DNA of 64,000 nt from positions 1,420,248 to 1,484,247 of the forward strand of contig OZ245366.1 in the NCBI GenBank assembly GCA_965226585.1. Direction: 5' to 3'. Below, piece by piece: positions 9,495 to 19,466 of this stretch. The notes under the pieces were generated by a model. The model was not told where the DNA came from. It saw nothing but the letters and a program-made list of their open reading frames with translations, and did not search any database. Every line of letters begins with the position of its first letter. Within the stretch, counting starts at the first letter, position 1. A program made the translations under genes and the position numbers. This DNA is from Thermodesulfobacteriota bacterium (GTDB taxonomy: Bacteria > Desulfobacterota_D > UBA1144 > Nemesobacterales > Mycalebacteriaceae).

Positions 9495-12400
9495 TCAGTT
9501 TGCAAAACCTGGATTTGATACAACTTGAATTTTGGCATCTGCAATTGACTTAATCTGCTGTCTTACACCTTGATACACTTTTTCTTTATCGTTAAAAAAA
9601 TCAGTACTCCACACCCTGATAATATTCCACCCTTGGCTCTCAAGGATAGACTGCCTGAGGAAATCTCGCTCGCGAGCGTAACGGGAACTGTGATAGGACG
9701 CTCCGTCAAGTTCAATGCCACAAAGATAACCATAGGGATAAGAAGGGTGTTTTATTCCCAAATCAATTCGCCATCCGCTCACTCCAACTTGCGATGTCAC
9801 TTGATAACCGTCATTTGTAAGTCTTTCAGAAAACCATTTTTCCCAAGGCGAATCAAAAGTTCCTGTTTCGGCAATTATCCTTGATGTTTCCAAATGTCCG
9901 GTTTCGGCAAACATCAGGTAGCGACTGAGTACTTGAGCTCCTTCCTTCTCGGAAGTTATATCGTTGGGTTTCAATGACGTATAGACCCTTAGCTGCTTCT
10001 TTGCTCTTGTAATCAAAACATTAATTCTCTTTTCGCCCTGATCTTGGTTTATAGGTCCAAACCTTTGAAAGACCTTATTGTTCATGTCTTTGCCAAATAC
10101 TGTTGATATCATAATTACATCACGTTCGTCCCCTTGAACGCTCTCAAGGTTTTTTATGAAAAAATACTCCTGATCGTCTTTCCACCGGTCGATATATTCT
10201 GCAATGTTGGAATTATGAATTATTTTTTCATACATTAACTCTTCTATTCTTTGAGATTGTCTCAAGTTCAGCGCGGCAACACCGAGACTGCAATCCTTGT
10301 TTTTGGGGTCGAGCATGAATTCACATATATCATTAACAATTCTCTCCGCTTCCATAGGATTGGGGTTGGTTGAATTTCCGATATTGCCTCTGCCGGGATT
10401 ATACTCGCCGCCAACATCAATATGCTTAATACCCAACTCATCTGTCTTTTTTAATTGAGATGGAATAACCATTAGTTCATTTTTATAAAATTCAGCATTG
10501 GAAAATTGAATCAAGCTTTCATGTTGTGACCTATAATGGTAGAGCAAGCGTCTCCTTGAGGTGAAAGCTCCACAAGCCCGTTCAAGAATGGACTCATTTT
10601 TAATCTGCTGAACATGTTGCGGTGCAAGGTGTGAGACCATGTAGTTGGTGGGTGGCATCTGTTTTGAATCTCCCACAACCACATATTGTTTGCTTCTTAA
10701 CATGGACCCGGCTGCCTCCTCAACTAGCATCTGAGAGGCTTCATCGATAACCAACAGATCAAACTCAAACTCTTTCAAGAGAAAATCTGACACGGAAGAA
10801 GGCGTCATAAGAAAACAGGGAGCAAAAGCCTGCAAGGCCTTTCCTGATTTATTCATGAGTTCACGCACGGTCACCCGAGAAGTAGGGAATTCCCCAATAT
10901 GCTTGAGCAAGTTCATTCCTGTCTTTTCTCTTACTCTACGAGCTCTGTTTCCACTCAAGTCGCCTTTGGGAGGCTTGTTCTGAATCATTTTACAATACAA
11001 CTTGTCCAACTCTTCTGTGGCACTCGCAAGGAGATTTCTCTTGTTCTGGATAAATTCTCCATTATAGTCCTGATACTTTGGATGATTCTTAGATAGTGAG
11101 CGTGCCAAAGACTCAAAAATTGCAACTTCAAGGGTTTTGTGCATTGAAGATTTTCTTTCCAGAACATCTCTAACAAAATCGGAAATTTGTGAGAAATAAG
11201 TTTCGAGATCCTTAATGGTGTGGTTGATTCCCACCAAATCATTAAAATGCTCACGATGTTCCCGTATCAGTCCAATTTGTTTGTGGATATCGCTAAAATC
11301 CAGTCTGGCACAATCACTTTTGCATAAATTCTCAAGTGATTTTATGTTCTCATTATCCTGTTTAAACTCTGCTGACAACTTATTAAGTTTCGATTCTATC
11401 TCTTCAACAGTTCTTTGTTCGCCTTCAATACTCGAAATTTCATTCTCAAGATTCGACATATCTTTGAAGAGTGTGTCAATTTTGTTCAAGTGCTCCACCA
11501 CTTCTCCATAACCGCTGACTTCGCCGACTACCATGCTCCTTGTACGCTTTGTCGCACGGTACAAATCAGAGTAAAAGAACCATGCGACTTTTGGGAAAAA
11601 GAGTTTTGCAAACCAACTGGCTTCAGACATCAAGGTCTGTAGCTTTAAGAGTTTGTTGGGTTCGGGAATTTCACTCTTTACATAGTTTGTATCTAAAATC
11701 TTTCTGGTTTCTCTAAGTTGAAGAGCAAGAGATAGTTTCTTTTTGTTGCGTTCAATAGGTTCTTTTTGACTGGCAAGATTCTGATTCGGGGCGGACTCTA
11801 CACGCTTACCAAAGTAAGAATAAAGTTTTTCTATATCAGAGAAAAAATCACCCATGTGAAATTGATCAAGCTTTGTTGTTGATTTCAGTATTTTTATCTC
11901 TTTTACTGTGTTGCGCCCTACTTTCTCAATTGCCCGATCAATGTCTTCAGCACTACTCAAAACATTCTCAATCTGCTCCCCGCTCAACTTTGTTGAATCC
12001 AACCCCATTACCGGCAAATTAGCGTCTTTAATAGATGCATAGCGAGTCATGATTTGTTGCGAATTCAATCCAGTTTCTCCAACATTATGTCTCAAAAATT
12101 CACAATATTTGTTAAGGTGATTTCTTTCTTTTTTGTATTTGTTGTATTTTCTGGTGAATTCACTTTTGGTGTCTTCAAATGACTTGCCGTTTTGAGTTCG
12201 TATAAGATTTCCTATTTTTTCAAACAAAGATTTTTTGTTTCCATACTCCGAATGTAGCGGCATGCACTTGTTGTCCAAACCTATTTGTTCCAGACGGTTG
12301 TAAACTACATTGAGTGCTGCTGTTTTCTGAGCAAGAAAAAGAACTTTTTTGTCATGATGGATAGCATTCGCCAATATGTTGACTATGGTCTGTGATTTGC

Positions 12401-13505
12401 CGGTTCCGGGAGGGCCTTCCAGGACAAGGTTTTTCTCCTTTGCCACATCCACTATTGATGAATATTGAGACGAGTCTGCTTTGATTGCCGTGTAGGGAAC
12501 CAAAGATGTAATTTCATCACTATCAATATTGTAGCTTGGTGGAAATTCAGCCTCACCGCCATCTATTCCGGCAATTCCATAAAAATTCTCAATTTGTTCG
12601 TTTGAATATCCCTTTGGATCGAGTTCTTCAAGAGGAATACCCGTTGACTTAAAATGACCAATTGCCATGCGATGCTGAAAACTCCAACCTTCCTTGTTAA
12701 GACTTCCAAGCATTGTATCAATTTTAGCAAGGTAGTCGTGAACACCTGATTTTTCACCATCCCCGCTTACATACTGCGGAAATGTCTGTTTGATTTCTTG
12801 CTGAAATATTGGAATCAGGATGCGGTTTGTTCCGTAGTCTTTTCCCGATGCCTCAATGGAAAATTTGTTTTTAGATTCTTGTATTTCAAGCGGCACAAGA
12901 AATATGGGAGAGTTATACTCTCTTCTCTGACCACCACTTACAATTCTGTTCCACTTAAGAAAACCAACCGCCAAATAACATGTATCAATTCCCTTTTCTC
13001 TTTTGTGTTCGTCAACAGATTTGCACAATTTCTTCAGAAACTTTTGAAATCGGTCGTTAGGTATATCTGTCTGAATTTTTCCATCAATGTGGGCAGGATT
13101 TTCCTCATTTATCTTAGCATCAAGATTATATTTTCTCTCTGGGATAACTTCCTCTATCGGTGGAAGTCCTGATTTCTCCCGGGCCTTATTCTTGAATTCG
13201 CGCAGTTCTTCTTCTGGAATATCTTCTTTGTCTTTCTCGTGTTTGTTAAGAATTTCGACCAGAGACTGAGAAAAAAACATATTGTCTTCCTCATCTCTAA
13301 GATAGTCCTCATCGTCTCTAAGTGGATCTAAGACAAACGGTTTGCCACCAATCAGTCCATCAACAATAAATGTGGGCACTTCATTAATTACATTGATTAC
13401 AGTTCCTGTTCCGCCCGGCATTAGTCTTTTGTTAACAAGATCATTTCCACTAATCCTGATTAAACGTTCTCTCAATTCTTCAAGAAATCTGAGTTTGTCG
13501 TCCAT
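9495..13505 (-). CDS. DUF4011 + SF1 helicase + Vsr/very-short-patch-like nuclease (Hhe-like defence protein)
   Basis: GIDTCYLAVGFLKW..SPIFLVPLEI (DUF4011), GPPGTGKSQT, DEASQ, VVGDSKQMPP, VQGDERDVI, C-terminal RIDLGI..GIELDGASYH..RQSILESQGWNIIRVWSTD; AT-rich. Confidence 0.85.
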   Translation of the reverse strand: MDDKLRFLEELRERLIRISGNDLVNKRLMPGGTGTVINVINEVPTFIVDGLIGGKPFVLDPLRDDEDYLRDEEDNMFFSQSLVEILNKHEKDKEDIPEEELREFKNKAREKSGLPPIEEVIPERKYNLDAKINEENPAHIDGKIQTDIPNDRFQKFLKKLCKSVDEHKREKGIDTCYLAVGFLKWNRIVSGGQRREYNSPIFLVPLEIQESKNKFSIEASGKDYGTNRILIPIFQQEIKQTFPQYVSGDGEKSGVHDYLAKIDTMLGSLNKEGWSFQHRMAIGHFKSTGIPLEELDPKGYSNEQIENFYGIAGIDGGEAEFPPSYNIDSDEITSLVPYTAIKADSSQYSSIVDVAKEKNLVLEGPPGTGKSQTIVNILANAIHHDKKVLFLAQKTAALNVVYNRLEQIGLDNKCMPLHSEYGNKKSLFEKIGNLIRTQNGKSFEDTKSEFTRKYNKYKKERNHLNKYCEFLRHNVGETGLNSQQIMTRYASIKDANLPVMGLDSTKLSGEQIENVLSSAEDIDRAIEKVGRNTVKEIKILKSTTKLDQFHMGDFFSDIEKLYSYFGKRVESAPNQNLASQKEPIERNKKKLSLALQLRETRKILDTNYVKSEIPEPNKLLKLQTLMSEASWFAKLFFPKVAWFFYSDLYRATKRTRSMVVGEVSGYGEVVEHLNKIDTLFKDMSNLENEISSIEGEQRTVEEIESKLNKLSAEFKQDNENIKSLENLCKSDCARLDFSDIHKQIGLIREHREHFNDLVGINHTIKDLETYFSQISDFVRDVLERKSSMHKTLEVAIFESLARSLSKNHPKYQDYNGEFIQNKRNLLASATEELDKLYCKMIQNKPPKGDLSGNRARRVREKTGMNLLKHIGEFPTSRVTVRELMNKSGKALQAFAPCFLMTPSSVSDFLLKEFEFDLLVIDEASQMLVEEAAGSMLRSKQYVVVGDSKQMPPTNYMVSHLAPQHVQQIKNESILERACGAFTSRRRLLYHYRSQHESLIQFSNAEFYKNELMVIPSQLKKTDELGIKHIDVGGEYNPGRGNIGNSTNPNPMEAERIVNDICEFMLDPKNKDCSLGVAALNLRQSQRIEELMYEKIIHNSNIAEYIDRWKDDQEYFFIKNLESVQGDERDVIMISTVFGKDMNNKVFQRFGPINQDQGEKRINVLITRAKKQLRVYTSLKPNDITSEKEGAQVLSRYLMFAETGHLETSRIIAETGTFDSPWEKWFSERLTNDGYQVTSQVGVSGWRIDLGIKHPSYPYGYLCGIELDGASYHSSRYARERDFLRQSILESQGWNIIRVWSTDFFNDKEKVYQGVRQQIKSIADAKIQVVSNPGFAN

Positions 13506-13516
13506 TGTGAAAGCGC

Positions 13517-14764
13517 CTACCCTTTCTTCATCTCTTCCTGATTCTTCAGCCCTGTTTTCGGTGCCTGCACAAGAACCGCCATTTTGCCTGAATGTTTGTT
13601 CTCGTACATATTTTGATGCGCAAGCGGGATGTCTTTGTATTCAAAAACCTCAGACATCACGGGGTTGATTATCCCCCTGTGAACAAGCGCGTTGGCGCGT
13701 ATGCACTCAAGAGCATTGGCAAAATGCGAGCCGAGAATTTTCTTCTGGTGCATCCACAGATAACGCACGTCAAACGAACAGTCATAACCCGTTGTTCCGG
13801 CGCAAATCACAATACGCCCGAAACGGTTGCACACAAAAACACTTGTCGGAAAAGTCCCCTCGCCCGGATGCTCAAAAACAACATTGGGATTTTTCCGCTC
13901 GCCCATAATCTCCCAAATCGCCTTGCCGAATTTCTTTGTGTCTTCCATCCGCGCTTTTTTGCGCTCCGGCGTTTCGTCTTTTGAATACATCAAATCCGGG
14001 AAATCCCGCCGGTTTATCGTTCCCTTCGCGCCAAGTTCCACGCACATCTTCGCCTTCTCTTCCGAAGACACAATCGCAATACAATCTGCGCCCATCATCT
14101 TGCAAATCTGTATCGCGAAAACCCCCAGCCCCCCGGCTCCGCCCCAGATAAGGACAAGTTCTCCGGGCTCAATTTTGCACTGGGAAACAAGCATCCTGTA
14201 AGCCGTGAAATAACACAGTCCGTATGATGCCGCCGCCTCCCAGGTGAGATGCGGCGGTTTTGCGAGAATCTGCTGAGCCTGAACGCAAGTGAACTGCGCG
14301 AATGAGCCGTTGGGCGTTTCATATCCCCAAATCTGGTCTCCCGCGCTCACCATCGGGTCGTAGGTTATGAAATCGCCCGGGGTCTGCGTGCGGTTGCCGT
14401 GAGACGGGTCTTCCACATTGCAGTGGATTATAACTTCATCGCCGGGTTTCCAGCTTTTCACATTTGAGCCGACTGCCCAGACAATTCCCGCCGCGTCACT
14501 TCCGGCGATATGGAAATCCTGCTTGTGTATGTCAAGAACCGAAATCGGTTCTCCAAGCCCCGCCCAGACACCGTTAAAATTAACGCCCGCCGCCATAACC
14601 AGCACAAGAACCTCATCCGGTCCCGGTTGAGGCGTGGCAACTTCTTCCTCTTGAAACGATTTCATCGGCTCGCCGTGGCGGTCCTTGCGTATAACCCACG
14701 CTTTCATCATCTCCGGCATTTCGCCGATTTCGGGAAGCGTCCCGAGTTCAAATACTTTTGGCAT
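13517..14764 (-). CDS. ccr: Crotonyl-CoA carboxylase/reductase
   Basis: VMAAGVNFNGVWA, HIAGSDAAGIVWAVG, IWGYETPNGSFAQF, VFEHPGE, RYLWMHQKKILGSHFAN; GGAGG RBS before ATG 14764. Confidence 0.95.
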   Translation of the reverse strand: MPKVFELGTLPEIGEMPEMMKAWVIRKDRHGEPMKSFQEEEVATPQPGPDEVLVLVMAAGVNFNGVWAGLGEPISVLDIHKQDFHIAGSDAAGIVWAVGSNVKSWKPGDEVIIHCNVEDPSHGNRTQTPGDFITYDPMVSAGDQIWGYETPNGSFAQFTCVQAQQILAKPPHLTWEAAASYGLCYFTAYRMLVSQCKIEPGELVLIWGGAGGLGVFAIQICKMMGADCIAIVSSEEKAKMCVELGAKGTINRRDFPDLMYSKDETPERKKARMEDTKKFGKAIWEIMGERKNPNVVFEHPGEGTFPTSVFVCNRFGRIVICAGTTGYDCSFDVRYLWMHQKKILGSHFANALECIRANALVHRGIINPVMSEVFEYKDIPLAHQNMYENKHSGKMAVLVQAPKTGLKNQEEMKKG

Positions 14765-14779
14765 ATCTATTTCCTCCAT

Positions 14780-15334
14780 TTATTTTGCAATCAAAGGTTT
14801 ATGGATTGCATAGTATTGTTTCCTATCTTTCTTTTGAGAATCAAAAAACATTTCCTCAAGATGTTGCGCACTTCTGATTTCTTCTTTGATTATTTTAATT
14901 AGAGTTGCCTTTTCATAATCAGCGGGTTTGGTATTTCTCCACGAAAGCATGAAATCAAAATGCTCTCCGTGCCAAAGCAACCTTCCGGGAAGTCCTGATT
15001 GCTTAAAGTTTCCGACAAAAAAACCATATCTTAAGTGAGGGTGAACACTTTTGTGTGCTACTGCCTTTTTACTATAGGTTATGGCATCATGCGTTGTAAC
15101 CTTGCCAAATTTAACTTCCACTACAACTCTTGGCTTCCAGACACGACCAACACGCTCAGAAATTAGCAAGTCCGTCCTGTACTTCTTCGGTCTTGTTAAA
15201 GGAGTACCGCTTTCTTCATACTCTCTGACTTCATGAGCGTACAACAACCCTTTTTCTTTCTCAACGGAATACTTGTTTGAAAGATTTTCTGTCAGTATAT
15301 TAGCAACAATCTCTGTAAAATCTTTTTCTTTCAC
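14780..15334 (-). CDS. Putative PD-(D/E)XK nuclease-fold protein
   Basis: YRTDLLI..RVVVEVK catalytic-like pattern; AT-rich; GTGA overlap with trpS stop. Confidence 0.6.
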   Translation of the reverse strand: MKEKDFTEIVANILTENLSNKYSVEKEKGLLYAHEVREYEESGTPLTRPKKYRTDLLISERVGRVWKPRVVVEVKFGKVTTHDAITYSKKAVAHKSVHPHLRYGFFVGNFKQSGLPGRLLWHGEHFDFMLSWRNTKPADYEKATLIKIIKEEIRSAQHLEEMFFDSQKKDRKQYYAIHKPLIAK

Positions 15335-16332
15335 GCCGCGAACAACCCCGTTTTTCCCAAAATCTCTTCAATATTTCTCTTCGCATGCTCGTTTGCTTTC
15401 TCTGTTCCATCTTTCAGAACGTCATTCACATAATCCGGGCGTTTTTCAAAGTCCGCCCTTTTCTCTCTGAACGGCTCAAGCACCGCGTTTATCGCTTTTG
15501 ACAACTTCATCTTCACCTCAACATCACCCACCGCGCCTTTGCGGTAGCGGTCTTTAAGGTCGTCAACCTCCGCCGTGTCGGGATTGAAAGCATCGTGATA
15601 CTCAAAAACCGGATTGCCCTCAACCGTGCCGGGAATGTCCGCCCTCACCCGCTTGGGGTCAGTGTACATACCGCCAACCTTCTTGTTCACCTCTTTTTCA
15701 GAATCGGAAAGATATATGCAATTTTCAAGACTCTTGCTCATCTTGCGCTCCCCGTCCGTTCCGGTCAGACGCGAAACCTTGCTTATCACCGGCTCCGGCT
15801 CCTCAAAAGTCTCGCCGTAGAGAGAATTGAACCTGCGGGCAAGTTCACGCGTGAGTTCTATGTGGCTCAACTGGTCTTCGCCCACCGGCACACGGTTCGC
15901 CTTGAATATGAGAATGTCTGAAGCCATAAGCACCGGATAGCCGAGCAAGCCAACGGAATACGCCTCGCCAACTCCCATGTCTTGTATCTTCTCCTTCAGC
16001 GTGGGAATTCTGCCGCAGCGCGGAACGGAGCAAAGCATCGAAAGAATAATGGAAAGTTGCGATATGGCGGGAATTTGCGACTGTATGTAGAAGAACGATT
16101 TTTCAGGATCCATTCCCACCGAAAGCCAGTCTGTCACCATCTCAAGCGTGTTTTTCTCCACCTCGCGCGTTTTGTCAAAGTGGGTTGTGAGCATATGCAG
16201 GTCGGCAACGAGAAAAAAACAGGTGTACTCATCCTGAAACTTAAGACGGTTTTCAAGCGAGCCGACAAGGTGCCCCAGATGTAAGCGTCCGGTCGGCCTG
16301 TCGCCGGTTACGAGTATCGGTTTATCAGCCAT
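15331..16332 (-). CDS. trpS: Tryptophan--tRNA ligase
   Basis: TGDRPTGRLHLGH (HIGH), VPVGEDQ, KMSKS. Confidence 0.98.
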   Translation of the reverse strand: MADKPILVTGDRPTGRLHLGHLVGSLENRLKFQDEYTCFFLVADLHMLTTHFDKTREVEKNTLEMVTDWLSVGMDPEKSFFYIQSQIPAISQLSIILSMLCSVPRCGRIPTLKEKIQDMGVGEAYSVGLLGYPVLMASDILIFKANRVPVGEDQLSHIELTRELARRFNSLYGETFEEPEPVISKVSRLTGTDGERKMSKSLENCIYLSDSEKEVNKKVGGMYTDPKRVRADIPGTVEGNPVFEYHDAFNPDTAEVDDLKDRYRKGAVGDVEVKMKLSKAINAVLEPFREKRADFEKRPDYVNDVLKDGTEKANEHAKRNIEEILGKTGLFAA

Positions 16333-16509
16333 TTGAAGGTCTTTATGCTACTTGACACGGGGGGAAGGTCAAAATTGCGCCTGCTTGACTTTCCACCGGT
16401 CAGCAGATTACCCTAATGTGGCTGTGGAAACACAAACCAAACAAACGGCGAAGAAGCCACTTCCGAAAATACCGGTTCTTTTGGACTGATGTCGGCTTTG
16501 TGACGGAGC

Positions 16510-17022
16510 CTATTCGGTTTCGTGTTCCTTCTTTATTTGTTCGTAGAGTTTCAACATGTTCGGAAAGTATCTTCTGGCATTTTCCGGTTTGTAGATTCCG
16601 GCGGGCTTTGAGTATTCCATCTCCTTTCCCAAAACAAAGGTATTAACAAGAGAAACTATTGTGCTTCCGCATTGCTCCATAATGACGGACTTATCAGTCA
16701 TTCCCTGATAAACGGATAGTGAAATTGTTTCGTACTCATTCATGATTCTTGAGACATAAACCCTGTCATCTTGAGTTAATTGAGAATAGTCATAGATTCC
16801 GCCATTCCCGCTTTTTGCTTTGTCTTTGATTTTTCTCTGATATTCCCCGACAACAGGGTCAGAGGTAATTTGCCTTATTGCATCAAGTGTGTTCCGCTTC
16901 TTTGAAAACCTGATATACAGAAAACCTTCAAAAAGACCACCAACCGCAAGGACAACAGTTGCTACTGCAGTAATCGCACCAGCATTGTAATCAATCCAAG
17001 TCAACAAATTCCCAAAATCCAT
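16510..17022 (-). CDS. Membrane-anchored protein, DUF4760-like
   Basis: N-terminal TM helix then IMNEYETISLSVYQGMTD..YFPNMLKLY pattern; AT-rich. Confidence 0.55.
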   Translation of the reverse strand: MDFGNLLTWIDYNAGAITAVATVVLAVGGLFEGFLYIRFSKKRNTLDAIRQITSDPVVGEYQRKIKDKAKSGNGGIYDYSQLTQDDRVYVSRIMNEYETISLSVYQGMTDKSVIMEQCGSTIVSLVNTFVLGKEMEYSKPAGIYKPENARRYFPNMLKLYEQIKKEHETE

Positions 17023-17061
17023 ACTTCCGTTATAATAGCACTGCCCGCGGAGAAACCACAA

Positions 17062-18771
17062 GTGTCTGACAGCAAAAAGTCAAAGGTTGAAACGATAAAG
17101 GAAGACAGCGACTACCTGCGCGGAACCATCAGGGAAACGCTTGAGGGAGATGACTCTCATTTTACCGAAGGCGACTACCAACTGCTCAAATTCCACGGCA
17201 TATACCAGCAAGACAACCGTGATATGCGCCAGCAACTCAAGAAAGAGGGCAAAGAGCGCGAATACATCTTTATGATTCGCACCAAAAACCCCGGCGGCGG
17301 CGAACTTGCGGCGCGCCAGTGGGAAGCACTTTGCGAAGCGTCTGACCTCTACACGGACGGCACTCTCAGAGTTACAACCCGGCAGACAATACAGTTTCAC
17401 GGCATCGGGAAGGCAAACCTGAAAAAGACGATGAAGCACCTTAACGAAAACTTTGTTCCCACAAACGGCGCTTGCGGAGACGTGAACAGAAACACCGTTG
17501 CGGGACCCCTTTCAGACATAACCGGCTCTGACGCCTTCAACGCGCAGGAGCTTGCGCGCACGGTGTCTGAAAACCTTTCGTTCAAAACCGCCGCCTACTA
17601 TGACGTTTGGATGGACGGCGAGATGATGACAAAAGACAAAGAGCCGCAGGGCGGTGAGGTGGAGCCGCTTTACGGAAAGGCGTATCTGCCGAGAAAGTTC
17701 AAAATCGGAATCGCAGAGGAAGGCGACAATTCCGTTGACGTCCACACAAACGACATAGGCGTGATTCCCGTTGTGAACGGCAGTCTCAAAGGGTTCAACA
17801 TTCTTGTGGGCGGCGGTCTTGGAAGCCATCACAGGCAGAAAAAAACTTTTCCGCGCCTTGCCGACACTCTCGGTTTTGTGGGCGAAGACAAAATCCAGCA
17901 AACGCTCAGGGCGATACTTGAGTTTCAGAGAGACAACGGCGACAGAACAGACCGCAAACACGCGAGATTGAAATACGTTGTGGAGGAATGGGGAATTGAC
18001 AAAGTGCGCGCTGAGGTTGAAAAACGCGCGGGATTTAAGATTGTCCCCGCGGCGGAGTTTTCCCTGCGCCAGCCGGACAACCACCTCGGATGGCATTCTC
18101 AGAGCGACCCTGAGATGATGTATGTGGGCATATTCGTTGAGAACGGCAGGATAAAGGACACGGAAGAAAGCCGGACGAAAACCTGCATAAGGGAGATTGT
18201 GAGGGATTTTGGCGCGGGTGTGCGGCTGACGGCGACTCAGAACATAATTCTGTCAAACATTCCGGCAGGTTCTGCGGGCGAGGTAAAAGAGCGTCTGAAA
18301 TCGTGCGGCGTAAAGACGGAGGATGAGTATTCCGGGTTGCGTTTGAACTCAATGGCGTGCCCCGCGCTTCCCACTTGCGGGCTTGCGCTTGCCGAGGCGG
18401 AGAGATATATGCCGGACCTTATTTCAGAACTTGAAGAGATGGGCTACGGCGGTGAGAACATCAAGATAAGAATGAGCGGCTGCCCGAATTCGTGCTCGCG
18501 TCCGCCGGTTTCCGAGATAGGGCTGATAGGGGCGTCTCCGGGCAAATACAACGTATATCTGGGCGGCAATTTTGAGGGAACGCGCATGAACAGTCTTTAC
18601 GAGGAGATGGTTCCTTCAAGCGAACTTGCGGCGAGAATCGCGAGTTTCATAGATTTTTACAAAACCGGCGGCTCCGGCGGTGAGGCGTTTGGCGATTTTT
18701 GCAACAGGGTGGGTTTTGATGAGATAAGGAAAGCAACGCGCCCGGAGGGAGTCGAACCCCCAACCTCCTGA
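17062..18771 (+). CDS. cysI: Sulfite reductase, siroheme hemoprotein subunit (CysI/Sir)
   Basis: KFHGIYQQDNRD, RVTTRQTIQFHG, ACGDVNRN, YLPRKFKIG, CPALPTCGLA, MSGCPNSCSRP. Confidence 0.93.
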   Translation: MSDSKKSKVETIKEDSDYLRGTIRETLEGDDSHFTEGDYQLLKFHGIYQQDNRDMRQQLKKEGKEREYIFMIRTKNPGGGELAARQWEALCEASDLYTDGTLRVTTRQTIQFHGIGKANLKKTMKHLNENFVPTNGACGDVNRNTVAGPLSDITGSDAFNAQELARTVSENLSFKTAAYYDVWMDGEMMTKDKEPQGGEVEPLYGKAYLPRKFKIGIAEEGDNSVDVHTNDIGVIPVVNGSLKGFNILVGGGLGSHHRQKKTFPRLADTLGFVGEDKIQQTLRAILEFQRDNGDRTDRKHARLKYVVEEWGIDKVRAEVEKRAGFKIVPAAEFSLRQPDNHLGWHSQSDPEMMYVGIFVENGRIKDTEESRTKTCIREIVRDFGAGVRLTATQNIILSNIPAGSAGEVKERLKSCGVKTEDEYSGLRLNSMACPALPTCGLALAEAERYMPDLISELEEMGYGGENIKIRMSGCPNSCSRPPVSEIGLIGASPGKYNVYLGGNFEGTRMNSLYEEMVPSSELAARIASFIDFYKTGGSGGEAFGDFCNRVGFDEIRKATRPEGVEPPTS

Positions 18772-18810
18772 TCCGTAGTCAGACGCTCTGTCCAGTTGAG
18801 CTACGGGCGC
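18737..18810 (-). tRNA. tRNA-Arg (ACG)
   Basis: Reverse complement GCGCCCGTAGCTCAACTGGACAGAGCGTCTGACTACGGATCAGGAGGTTGGGGGTTCGACTCCCTCCGGGCGCG folds as a cloverleaf; anticodon ACG; CCA not encoded. Confidence 0.95.
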
Positions 18811-18845
18811 TTGCGGAAAGGCATTTTAACAGAACCAGAGGAAAT

Positions 18846-19466
18846 ATGGAAAAGTTAGAGACGCTTCTTGACGCTGAGATTGACTCTTTTCTGTCGCGGG
18901 CGCGCGAACTGCCCGAAGTGAAGGCGCTTGTTTCGGGAAAGATGAGCAAGGCGCAATATAAAAAACTTCTCAAAACTTTCTGTCTTGTGGAAAGGATAAG
19001 CCACAGGGCGGTGAACACTGCCGCGATTTACTCGGGCGAGGGCGGAGACGCATATCTGGCGGGGCGGCTGGGTTCGTGCGCGGCGGGAGAGTTGGGGCAT
19101 GCTGAGCTTGCGCTTGAAGACTTGAGGGATTTGGGCGAAAAAAACCCCGTGATACCGGATGCGGGCAAGTGGCAGGCGGAATTGCTTGAGAAGGCGCGCG
19201 CATTTCCGCCCGCGATAGTGGGACATTCATATCTGTTTGAGGGCGCTTCGGGGATTTTGTTTCAAGACGCCCGTGTGCCGAAAGGTCTGGCGGAGCGGTT
19301 TGTGGTTGTCCACGCCAAAGAAGACCCCGCTCACGCAAGGGCGATTAAGCGGACGATACGGATGATGGAAAAGGGTTTGAGCAAAAAACAGGCTGATGAG
19401 ATTGTGAAATTCGCCCGCAAAAGCGGGGAAAGGTTGATGAAAATGTTTGCGGGGATGGAAAAATGA
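18846..19466 (+). CDS. Heme-oxygenase-like / iron-containing redox enzyme family protein
   Basis: GELGHAELALEDL, SYLFEG, HAKEDPAH metal-ligand-like motifs in a helical protein. Confidence 0.65.
   Translation: MEKLETLLDAEIDSFLSRARELPEVKALVSGKMSKAQYKKLLKTFCLVERISHRAVNTAAIYSGEGGDAYLAGRLGSCAAGELGHAELALEDLRDLGEKNPVIPDAGKWQAELLEKARAFPPAIVGHSYLFEGASGILFQDARVPKGLAERFVVVHAKEDPAHARAIKRTIRMMEKGLSKKQADEIVKFARKSGERLMKMFAGMEK

Noticed and set aside
16486..16512. CTGATG followed by a hairpin as a hammerhead ribozyme
   Set aside because: Core needs CUGANGA and a correctly placed GAAA; these are absent
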